DNA of 11,444 nucleotides from an uncultured archaeon. GTDB taxonomy: Archaea; Asgardarchaeota; Lokiarchaeia; Sigyniarchaeales; SOKP01. The position numbers and the translations under genes are program-made. The stretch lies in NCBI GenBank assembly GCA_964525635.1, contig CAZGJX010000120.1, positions 1 to 11,444 of the forward strand, written 5' to 3'. A model generated the notes under the pieces. The model was given only the letters and a program-made list of their open reading frames with translations. It was not told the DNA's origin and searched no databases. Each line of letters begins with the position of its first letter. The stretch's first letter is position 1. Shown here piece by piece: positions 1 through 7,728 of the stretch.

Positions 1-89
1 TTTTTTATATTTTTAATAAATAAATTATCATCTTCTTTAGAAATCTCTCTAGAATCATCTATAATTTGCCAAAACTTATTTTCATCCAT
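1..89 (-). CDS. 5' part of a gene running off the window; DUF4240-like N-terminus
   Basis: Manual translation from ATG at 89: MDENKFWQIIDDSREISKEDDNLFIKNIK, open to the window edge. MxExxFWxII resembles the start of DUF4240 proteins. AAGGAG lies upstream (about 104-109, - strand). Confidence 0.5.
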   Translation of the reverse strand, partial: MDENKFWQIIDDSREISKEDDNLFIKNIK

Positions 90-251
90 ATAAATCTTCT
101 CTTCTCCTTATATTTTATAATTCTATAATACAGATCTTTAGTAATGATAATATTTCGATGTTATATTTATACATAATTTTATTCTTATTTCTGTTACTTA
201 ATAGAAAGAGGATCTTATTTTTATAACTTTCAAATTATTTATAAACTATTG

Positions 252-259
252 GGAATTTC
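252..259. repeat. Left target-site duplication GGAATTTC
   Basis: Identical to 2157-2164 and abuts the left terminal inverted repeat. Confidence 0.9.
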
Positions 260-282
260 GGGTATGATCATTCTTTCTTAGA
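260..282 (+). repeat. Left terminal inverted repeat of the IS
   Basis: GGGTATGATCATTCTTTCTTAGA versus the reverse complement of the right end, GGGTATGATAAATTTTAGGTAGA. Confidence 0.8.
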
Positions 283-448
283 TTTAAATCCTGCTATGAC
301 TGTCATTGCGACAAAATTTGTGAAATCTCTTGTTTATATAATGGGATACGCATATTTCTTCTTTTTTTCAGTATTTTTTGTGTGTTTTAGAATAGTATCG
401 ATGAGTTCCTCTCCTTATTCATCATATAAAAAATAAATATTTAAATTC

Positions 449-2142
449 GTGAAAATACAAAGTAATACCATGAAAGAAAAAGAGGATAATGGAATAGAAT
501 TAGAAATAAGGGAGCATTCTGATGCAGATTATTTTCCAGAAAAATGTCCTTTCTGTTTTTTAAGTAAAATTAGGAGAAATAGCTATAAAATGCGAATGGT
601 TCAAGATTTGGGAACCCCTCTTATTTGTAGGAGGATTCGCTATGAGCGTGTCTATTTTCAATGCAAAACCTGTAAAAAGATATTTGGAATAGAACACCCT
701 TTAATTCCATTCAATTCAAAGTATATGCCAGGAGTAATTTAATATGCTGTACCACGAATATTAGAGCGTGGTGATTCTATTCGAAGAGTTACAAAAGATT
801 TGAACGATCTTCATCATGTTGAGGTCTCAGTCGGTACTGTTGAGACATGGACAAATAAATATGGTGAGAAAGAAAAAATGGCTACAAATTTTATGGACGA
901 TCCTCCTCCGGATAATTTCTCAGGATTCTTCTCCTTAGATGGCACCTTTAAATCTGTGAATATAAAAAAAAACGACCAATTCAAGAAAATTTAAATGGAG
1001 CTCTTTTACTTGCTACAGATTCGTTTCAAAAGAAACCAATTGCAGGAGCATTGGTATCGAACGAAAATGAAGCTGAAACTATTTTTTTCCTATACACACT
1101 TAAAAAATGGTTAACCAAACAGGTGCGTTTTATAACAATCGATTTTTCCACTCAACTTGAATCTGGGGTAAATAAAGTATTCCCTCAGGTCCATATTCAA
1201 AAATGCATATTTCATTCTATTCATTTATTTATAAAAGCATTCCTTAAAGAATTAAATCGACTAAAGAAAGAAAGATTTTCCCACCGCATTCACGAATGGA
1301 ACGCTTTACAGAGACGATCTCGAGTTTTAGAAACTAAAAAAGATACAGAAGATGTGGAAAAATGTAAGTTAGAATTAGAATATGAGGACATTACATATGC
1401 ATGGGATATATATAGAACCTTTAGGAAGATCTTTTCTAAGCATACCCCACACAGGATTGAATACGAACTCAAAACATTTTTATCTATGCCTCACTTCATT
1501 AAATGGGGAGGAAATGCTGTATTCATGGATAGATATCGGAAAATTTTTACGAACCGAGCACTTCACTTTACTAAAAAAGGAGTAAATTATATTTCCACAG
1601 AAACCTATAGAGCGTGGAGAGCAGCAATTCGCTCTCTAAGGAAAGAGGAAGAGACGTTAAAAGCTTGTTTCAATGATATAAAATACCTTATGTTGATGAA
1701 TCTTCTTAACATGAAATCAACTCATAAAAAATTACTTCGAAACTCCTTAAAAAAGCTACCATGGTTGCGTGTGTATCGGAAATTAATTGTGAACTATTAT
1801 TACCACTTTCGCTTACCCCCTGAAAAAAGGAAATCTCTTTCCTTTCTTTCTCAATTTATCACTTCCGATGCTACTCATGAAAGATTAAAGAGTGCGGTTC
1901 AGACTCTCGTTAAAAATGAAGATAAAATTTTTCGCTTTCAACACCTTCCTTATACATATGCTTCGAAGAAATCAATAAAAGTTGTTGACGAATCAAGTAA
2001 TAGACTTATTCAAAAGTTATTTTTTGTTCAACATGGGATGAGAACATTGAATAATATACGGATGAGAATCTCTAAACGGTTGAAATGTCCTATAATTGTA
2101 TCACCACCTATGATAGAAAAATATAATACAAGTTCTACCTAA
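449..2142 (+). pseudogene. ISL3-like DDE transposase split by a nonsense codon (740-742) and a -1 frame change (964-973)
   Basis: ORFs 449-742 and 800-994 share a frame separated only by TAA (MPGVI*YAVPRILERGDSIRRV). It has an N-terminal zf-ISL3-like CPFC...VQDL...CKTC and an HTH-like SIRRVTKDL...VSVGTVETW. Candidate catalytic residues are SLDGT, ITIDFS and DESSN, with a QKCIFH motif. The -1 frame is open from 952. Repaired product about 564 aa. Confidence 0.85.
964..973 (+). other. A9C slippery run at the transposase frame junction
   Basis: In-phase A-AAA-AAC heptamer (967-973) inside the 952-994 overlap of the 0 and -1 frames. Confidence 0.65.
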
Positions 2143-2156
2143 AATTTATCATACCC
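2134..2156 (-). repeat. Right terminal inverted repeat of the IS; contains the transposase stop codon
   Basis: Reverse complement starts GGGTATGAT; the TAA at 2140-2142 lies inside it. Confidence 0.8.
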
Positions 2157-2164
2157 GGAATTTC
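2157..2164. repeat. Right target-site duplication GGAATTTC
   Basis: Identical to 252-259 and abuts the right terminal inverted repeat. Confidence 0.9.
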
Positions 2165-2488
2165 TGTAAAATTCCAAAATTTATGCCAATTATCAACCTT
2201 TCCCCAGGAGGAAAGACCAGCCCTAAGGTTATCAGGCTGTGCGCTCGTCACCGAGTTCAAGACATACTTCATTCGTAATATTTTTTTTTGAATGGCATTC
2301 TTCCTGATGAAGCGGACGCCTCAAGCGAATCAATACCCGTTCTTGGAATTGATGTGAACAGAATAAACGAGCATATCCTCACGGGTTCAAGAGACTTGGA
2401 AATGAAGCAAATCATTACGGATATATTGAAGAAATGGGTCTCCTTGGATCGAACGATTACCGTCAGGTCCATACTAAAACAATATTAA
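2165..2488 (+). pseudogene. Gene remnant with a RuvC-I-like motif (possible TnpB/Cas12f-like fragment)
   Basis: More GC-rich than its flanks. The frame reads CKIPKFMPIINLSPGGKTSPKVIRL...HS*YFFLNGILPDEADASSESIPVLGIDVNRINEHIL. VLGIDVN resembles the first RuvC motif. No RuvC-II/III or zinc ribbon follows. Confidence 0.35.
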
Positions 2489-2743
2489 ATTAATATTATA
2501 TTTTTTTTTTTCCTTGATTATTTGATTAAATGTTAGGTTATTTGTAAGGTAAATTTTTTATTTTTCAAAACTATTCCCTTTCTCCCTATATTCAAATGAT
2601 TTTAAAGAAATAAAATGATTCTAAAAAAAATATAACATTTAATCGATTATTTTGACATATCAGTAAAAATTAAAAAAAGAATATATATTAACTTCTTATT
2701 CTTTTATTAATTAAAGTTTTTTAGTCAAAGGTGAGCTTAATAA

Positions 2744-3571
2744 ATGAAGCGAAACTTTAAGATGATAGCTTTTTCTGTAGTATTCCAAGTTCCGATACTA
2801 ATGATTTTACTTATAGTAAGTCAGGATGCTAGTGATATTACTTTATTAATCCCTGGAGAAAATGCATATATTGATATTCTATATTTTTTTGTCTTTTCTC
2901 CTATTATTATGATTGTTTTAGTAATCCTTCTTGGAGTCCCTATGTCAATCAGATTTTTTAAATTACATAATGTAATGAAACTAAAGCGTTTCAGTTATGC
3001 GATTCTTCAAAATCCACATAAAGAGCTAAGATTTAGTACTATGATGACGAGAGCTATAGTTATGGGATTATTTGGCTTTAGCATTGGAATATTTCTCTCA
3101 CAACTTATTGATCATAATATTATTCTTGCTCTTTCAGGGAGTGATCTGATAGTGAATACAATAGCAACTCTCTTTATTATACCCTTTTTAATTATTATTA
3201 TTGCACCAATATGGCTTTTACAGGATTCAAGTATTATGTGCTCACAAAAATCAAGGAAAGAGGGTTCTAGATCATTACCTGATATAGAAGGTGCATATAA
3301 GGACATTTATAGTATAGTAAAAGGATATGTAGGGATTAGTACGCTCTTTGCAATAGGACTATTAGCTATAGAAAATTTTATTTTGGATTTAAATCCTTCA
3401 GATTGGCTACTTGGGCTTATCCTAATGATAAATATGCCCTTTCTATCTATTGCGGTTTGTATCCCTGCCATTCTATTTTATGAGTCTAAAGTAGTAAAAC
3501 TGAGTGAAGTTCTTAAGAAAAGCCTTCAAAAGAGAGGGATCAAAATTATAGAAGATATTGATAATATTTAA
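2744..3571 (+). CDS. Hypothetical multi-pass membrane protein (about 6 TM segments, 275 aa)
   Basis: Long ORF with repeated hydrophobic stretches and a basic loop. AGGTGA RBS at about 2729-2734. A T13 run follows the stop. Confidence 0.85.
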   Translation: MKRNFKMIAFSVVFQVPILMILLIVSQDASDITLLIPGENAYIDILYFFVFSPIIMIVLVILLGVPMSIRFFKLHNVMKLKRFSYAILQNPHKELRFSTMMTRAIVMGLFGFSIGIFLSQLIDHNIILALSGSDLIVNTIATLFIIPFLIIIIAPIWLLQDSSIMCSQKSRKEGSRSLPDIEGAYKDIYSIVKGYVGISTLFAIGLLAIENFILDLNPSDWLLGLILMINMPFLSIAVCIPAILFYESKVVKLSEVLKKSLQKRGIKIIEDIDNI

Positions 3572-3574
3572 ATC

Positions 3575-3587
3575 TTTTTTTTTTTTT
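3575..3587 (+). terminator. Oligo-T (T13) archaeal-type terminator
   Basis: T13 begins 4 nt after the stop of 2744-3571. Confidence 0.55.
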
Positions 3588-3607
3588 CTAAATAGGAGGT
3601 TATAGGA

Positions 3608-3667
3608 GTGATATTTAAGAATAGATCTGATGGATTCCTCCCTAAAACAATATTGTTTAGATATCAC
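3608..3667. repeat. 60-bp imperfect inverted repeat / stem-loop
   Basis: GTGATATTTAAGAATA ... TATTGTTTAGATATCAC followed by T6. It contains the perfect palindrome AAACAATATTGTTT (3645-3658). Confidence 0.5.
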
Positions 3668-4060
3668 TTTTTTACAATAATTGGAAAACTTAAAATTATA
3701 AAGCTTAATAAGAACTAATGGAAAGAATTAACCAAAATAAATAAACCTTATCAGTTCTGCTTTAGTAAACATTAATTATATTAATCAACTTTTTCATAAA
3801 AACTTCAGATATAAGTTAATTTACTTATATCTTTTTTATTTTAAAAAACTCCAATTAAAATTTTGAAGAAATTGCAGAGAAAAAAAAACAATTATTCTTA
3901 CTATATTAGAGTGAGTTTAGTAATTCCCCCATTTCAGTTCCAAATTCCATTAAAATTAATATATTTTCTATTAAAAACCTTTTTTTAATAAGAAAAAATT
4001 TATCTATAAAATTTTTATCAGAAAAATTTAATTAAAAAAAAATATTTCATTTTGAGAGAT

Positions 4061-4077
4061 ATAGGTTCAATTCCTGT
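4061..4077 (+). other. tRNA T-arm-like hairpin (not a complete tRNA)
   Basis: ATAGG-TTCAATT-CCTGT gives a 5-bp stem and 7-nt TTCRA loop. No D arm or matching acceptor 5' strand is found. Confidence 0.5.
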
Positions 4078-4154
4078 TACTTCAAACCCCATTTTTTATA
4101 TTATATTTTGGCTTTAGATCTGCTATTCTGCATTAAATTCAATTTGACTAATTT

Positions 4155-4181
4155 TGGTGAGAAGCGAAGAATCGAACCCCC
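4155..4181 (-). other. Degenerate tRNA 3'-end fragment
   Basis: Minus strand reads GGGGG-TTCGATT-CTTCG-CTTCTC-A-CCA: T-loop consensus, a 3' acceptor strand one base short, then CCA. There is no 5' half. Confidence 0.55.
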
Positions 4182-4340
4182 TATAAAAATCAAATTAAGA
4201 TAATAAAAGTTAATAAAAAAAAATTTTTTAATTTTTTCTTAAAAGAGGAAAAAAGCAGAAAAAGTTTATTTTAAAGGCTTCATCAATTTTAATATATACT
4301 AACATTTTAAAATGAGAAAAAGCAAATTTTTTCATACCTC

Positions 4341-4375
4341 TTAGGTTATTTAGCTTAATCCATAACGTAGCCTAA
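4341..4375. promoter_or_regulatory. Inverted repeat upstream of the GNAT-deacetylase gene (possible operator)
   Basis: TTAGGTTA-N19-TAGCCTAA (7/8), ending 52 bp before ATG 4427. Confidence 0.3.
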
Positions 4376-4426
4376 ATTCAAATTTTTTGGCTAATAAAAT
4401 GTCATATCTCATAAAAGGTATTCCTT

Positions 4427-6145
4427 ATGATTCGAACTCTTATAATCGATGGCCTTACTGGTTTATTATCAAAGCATAGAATGGAACAAGTAAAGGATAT
4501 ATTTCGGGTCAGTTTCCCATCGTTAGCGGGACTTGCAGATGAACTCCCGCTAAAACTAAAAGATCCTATACAGCACGGATATGTCTCAAAATTACTTATT
4601 TCGGAAAAAGGCCAACATGTTGTATTAGGTTTTGCTTTCGTAATTCATTTCCCACTAATCCAAGCCAGTTTTCTGGACTTCTTCGCGGTTCGCCCTAAAT
4701 TAAGAAGCGGAGGTGTAGGAGGTTCCTTATATGAAATTGTGCAAGAACATTGCCGCCAGATGGGAAGTCGTGCATTATACATAGATGTAAACCCAGATGA
4801 TCCTTCATTAATAAAAAATGCAACCGAATTGGCTCAAAATAGGAAACGTATTAGATTTTATGAACGTTATGGGTGTCGTGTTATGGTGAACAATGCATAT
4901 TCACAGCCTGTAGGTAATCCCCCCTCCTATTCAGTACTTATGATCGATAATCTTAGGCAGGAGGATTTTCCGGATATCTCTGATGTGAAATCCGCCCTTT
5001 CCCAGATATTTCTACTCCGCTTTCCGCGCTCTGTTACTACCGAATATATCAACATGGTTTTAGAATCGTTCAATGAGGAAGGATTCAGACTTCGCCCCAT
5101 AATAAGAAAGCGGGAAAGAAAATTACAAAGAATAAAATTACATAAAATAAAAGAACAACTCTCCTTGGTGTATAATCCTCACCATAAAATACACCATGTG
5201 CAAAATAAAGGATACATAGAAAGTCCGGTTCGTCTGCAAGCTATTATGGATGCATTAGAAGGTTCTCCGTTATTTAACATAGTCGGAGTAAAAAAATATC
5301 CTGACAAGATCATTTATGGATTGCATAGTCCAGATTTAGTTCAATACCTAAAAATTGTCTGCAGTCATATTAATGAAAATAATATTTTTTATCCTGACAC
5401 ATTTCCGATCCGGCGACCAAACAAGAAACCAAAGGACTTGAGTGTACAAGCAGGTTATTATTGTTTGGATAATGGCACTCCACTTTATAGGGGTGCATTT
5501 ATCGCTGCTAAAGCTGCTCTTAATACAGCACTTACAGCGGCAGATGAGATCCTTTCGGGTAAACGACTTGCTTATGCTGCATGTCGCCCACCAGGACATC
5601 ATGCAGGGATAAGGTTCTTTGGCGGTTTTTGTTATTTCAATAATGCTGCTGCCGCTGCTCAATATCTTAGCGAACATTACCGTGTTGCGATACTTGATTT
5701 GGATTTTCATCACGGAAATGGTACTCAAGACATATTTTATCGGAGAGCAGATATACTTACTCTATCCATCCATGGAGATCCTGATTATTGCTACCCTTAT
5801 TTTAGTGGTTTTTTGGATGAGATAGGAGAGGATGAAGGAAAGGGGTTTAATCAAAACTATCCTCTCCCCCCATATACTGGTGATTCCATCTATCTTAAAA
5901 CTTTGGACAATGCTCTTACCAGAATTAAAGATTTTCAAACTGACATTCTCGTTGTTTCCTTAGGATATGATATTCTTAAAGGGGATCCTTCCAGTTGCTT
6001 TGAGATCAGCTTCGATGGTATATCACGCATAGCCTCAAAATTGAAGGTCCTAAACATACCCCTGCTTATTATACAAGAGGGGGGATACCATATGGACAAC
6101 ATCAGGCAGGGTTGTGAAGCCTTTTTCAAAAGTTTCTTACCTTAA
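4427..6145 (+). CDS. GNAT acetyltransferase fused to a Zn-dependent HDAC / acetylpolyamine amidohydrolase-like deacetylase
   Basis: N-terminus has GNAT motif A (AVRPKLRSGGVGGSLY) and RFYERYG. C-terminus has ESPVR, GYYCLDNGTP, RPPGHHA, GGFCYFNN, DLDFHHGNGTQDIFY, SLGYD and QEGGY, so the catalytic and Zn-binding residues are present. Confidence 0.93.
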   Translation: MIRTLIIDGLTGLLSKHRMEQVKDIFRVSFPSLAGLADELPLKLKDPIQHGYVSKLLISEKGQHVVLGFAFVIHFPLIQASFLDFFAVRPKLRSGGVGGSLYEIVQEHCRQMGSRALYIDVNPDDPSLIKNATELAQNRKRIRFYERYGCRVMVNNAYSQPVGNPPSYSVLMIDNLRQEDFPDISDVKSALSQIFLLRFPRSVTTEYINMVLESFNEEGFRLRPIIRKRERKLQRIKLHKIKEQLSLVYNPHHKIHHVQNKGYIESPVRLQAIMDALEGSPLFNIVGVKKYPDKIIYGLHSPDLVQYLKIVCSHINENNIFYPDTFPIRRPNKKPKDLSVQAGYYCLDNGTPLYRGAFIAAKAALNTALTAADEILSGKRLAYAACRPPGHHAGIRFFGGFCYFNNAAAAAQYLSEHYRVAILDLDFHHGNGTQDIFYRRADILTLSIHGDPDYCYPYFSGFLDEIGEDEGKGFNQNYPLPPYTGDSIYLKTLDNALTRIKDFQTDILVVSLGYDILKGDPSSCFEISFDGISRIASKLKVLNIPLLIIQEGGYHMDNIRQGCEAFFKSFLP

Positions 6146-6565
6146 AAATTTCATGAAAAGTCTCTTCCATATCCACATTCAAGTTGGCATTTAAATAATG
6201 ATATATCATTTAGCTAATAGTTAATTAAATAGATATTTAATTTAAAAGAATAATAGGAGTTTTTTATATCAAGGAATTTTTATGGAATCTCGTTAATTTG
6301 AATATAAAAGTAATTTGGTTTAATATTTTGAAAATTTTTTAAAAAATGAATATAAAGATGTTGAGAAAACTAAAAACTATATTAAAACACAGATAGTTGA
6401 GTCTATTAAAATATAAAAAAAAATTGATTATTATATCAACAAAAAATACTAAAATAAGATCAAAATAATGTTTATTTCTATGGGAATATAATATCCTATT
6501 CTTTTTTTTATTTTAACTATTTCACAAGAAAGCTTAAAAATAGTAAATAATATATTGAGAACAAT

Positions 6566-7015
6566 TTAAAATTTACTTTTTAGATATTCATCAAAAAATT
6601 CCTGAGAATTATATATCTTAATAAAAGATTCGACTTTATTTTTGAATTCAGAATCATTAGTAATTAGGATCTCCGAATTTTCTATAAGAGCAGTTGCAAT
6701 GATAATACAATCAGGTAATTTTAAATTAATTTGTGATCTTATTTCTGCTGTTTTGTCAGCAATATTGATATTGAGATCTATTATCTTATATTTCTTATTT
6801 GAATAAAGTCCTGAAATGAATTCATCTTTTTCAATAATTTCCTTATTCTTATAATATCCTACACTTAATTCAGTAAGAGATATGATTGATATAATTCCAT
6901 TTAGTTCACTTTTTTCATTATCAATTTCTTCTAATATGGAATTAGAATATGAATAAAATGGTTCTTCCTTATTTTTTACATTTAGAAAAATATTAGTATC
7001 GAGAGTTATATTCAT
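6566..7015 (-). CDS. vapC: PIN-domain toxin (VapC family), TA module 1
   Basis: Acidic PIN residues LDTN, TEL, PDCIIIATA, ITND. Start 7015 gives an ATGA overlap with the antitoxin stop; 7021 is an alternative start. Confidence 0.92.
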   Translation of the reverse strand: MNITLDTNIFLNVKNKEEPFYSYSNSILEEIDNEKSELNGIISIISLTELSVGYYKNKEIIEKDEFISGLYSNKKYKIIDLNINIADKTAEIRSQINLKLPDCIIIATALIENSEILITNDSEFKNKVESFIKIYNSQEFFDEYLKSKF

Positions 7016-7245
7016 TCCCATTCGTCCCGTAATTGCTTTTGAAATTCAATACTTGATTCCATCCATGGTTTTTGATTTTTTAATATCTCTGAAATTTTAT
7101 TTGTACCAGATTTTCTAATAATTATTTTATCACCCTTTAGGTTAAAAATTAAGCGATCTCCTTGCATAATACCCAATTTATCTCTAATTTCTTTAGGAAT
7201 TGTAATCTGTCCTTTTTCACTTATTGATGATATTCCAATTATCAT
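7012..7245 (-). CDS. vapB: AbrB/MazE/SpoVT-family antitoxin, TA module 1
   Basis: SEKGQITIPKEIRDKLGIMQGDRL AbrB signature; coupled directly upstream of a PIN gene. Confidence 0.92.
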   Translation of the reverse strand: MIIGISSISEKGQITIPKEIRDKLGIMQGDRLIFNLKGDKIIIRKSGTNKISEILKNQKPWMESSIEFQKQLRDEWE

Positions 7246-7261
7246 AAATTATCATACTATC

Positions 7262-7305
7262 TTCTTTACTATATAATAAAGAAATCTTTACTTATAATTC
7301 TTACT
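7262..7305 (-). promoter_or_regulatory. TA1 promoter/operator
   Basis: Perfect IR TTCTTTA-N8-TAAAGAA (7262-7283) overlaps TTATATA about 30 bp before the ATG. Direct repeats TCTTTACT at 7263 and 7285 and TCTTACT at 7299. Confidence 0.65.
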
Positions 7306-7516
7306 CCTAAAGACTAAAAGAATTATAATTTCCAGAGGACTTAGATTATAACTATGGCTATTTTTTTGTTCAAAATTGAATTTTTTTATAATTTTGTTCG
7401 AGAATTTTTATATAGAACATACAATTTATAAATCTTAAAAATTAGAACCGATTGACATTATATCTTTTATGGATCTTCTAGAGGATTTACATTCTTTCTG
7501 GAAATATATGTTATAT

Positions 7517-7608
7517 ATGTTAATTCTGTCAAACTCTAATGATAAAACAGATATCATTTATTAGTATGAATTTAGGAATACCTCCATTTCACGAACATAT
7601 CCTATTAT
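7517..7608. repeat. Dispersed repeat copy B (left arm, core, short right arm; most diverged)
   Basis: Core TATTAGTATGAATTTAGGAATACCTCCATTTCA (7559-7591) is 27/33 to copy C. The left arm aligns ungapped to copy D (31/43). The right arm CGAACAT--ATCCTATTAT matches D (CGATCATAAATCCTACTAT). Confidence 0.8.
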
Positions 7609-7728
7609 AACAAAATTATATATTTTCCAGCGCCTTTTTTATATAAACAAATCTAAAATTTATAAATATTATATGATGATATTATCCTCATGAATAATAT
7701 TTCTTAATTTATTTTATAGATCTTCAGT

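Larger units (their letters stand above)
260..2156 (+). mobile_element. ISL3-like insertion sequence, 1897 bp, probably inactivated
   Basis: Ends GGGTATGAT (260-268) and ATCATACCC (2148-2156) are perfect 9-bp inverted repeats, extendable to 17/23. Both ends are flanked by the identical 8-mer GGAATTTC. It encloses a zinc-finger/HTH/DDE transposase. GG ends and 8-bp TSDs are typical of ISL3. Confidence 0.85.
3904..4184. repeat. Dispersed repeat copy A (core plus long right arm)
   Basis: Core TATTAGAGTGAGTTTAGTAATTCCCCCATTTCA (3904-3936) is 31/33 identical to 8673-8705. Colinear similarity to copy C is strong to about 4080, and a motif match resumes at about 4169-4184. Confidence 0.9.

Noticed and set aside
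1290-1585. ORFs 1290-1472 (-) and 1382-1585 (+)
   Set aside because: Shadow ORFs inside the transposase with no recognisable motifs.
2474-3654. Exact 13-mer CTAAAACAATATT at 2474 and 3642 flanking the membrane gene
   Set aside because: Exact 13-bp matches are expected by chance at this AT content, and the match does not extend.
2269-3667. Minus-strand ORFs 2269-2472, 3112-3306 and 3473-3667
   Set aside because: Antisense to better-supported + strand coding sequence and without motifs.
4010-4230. Complete tRNA genes
   Set aside because: Only T-arm and 3' fragments are present. No acceptor, D and anticodon stems can be built on either strand.
5348-6129. ORFs 5348-5728, 5619-5825 and 5935-6129
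   Set aside because: Antisense or out-of-frame shadows of the deacetylase domain.
6250-6420. Possible decayed gene end (…NEYKDVEKTKNYIKTQIVESIKI*)
   Set aside because: Short, interrupted by stops and without a recognisable family.
7340-7370. dif-like half site CTTAGATTATAA
   Set aside because: No matching second arm at 6-bp spacing.
7380-7565. Possible gene fragment (…LEPIDIISFMDLLEDLHSFWKYML…)
   Set aside because: No clear start or motif, and it runs into repeat copy B; cannot be supported without a search.
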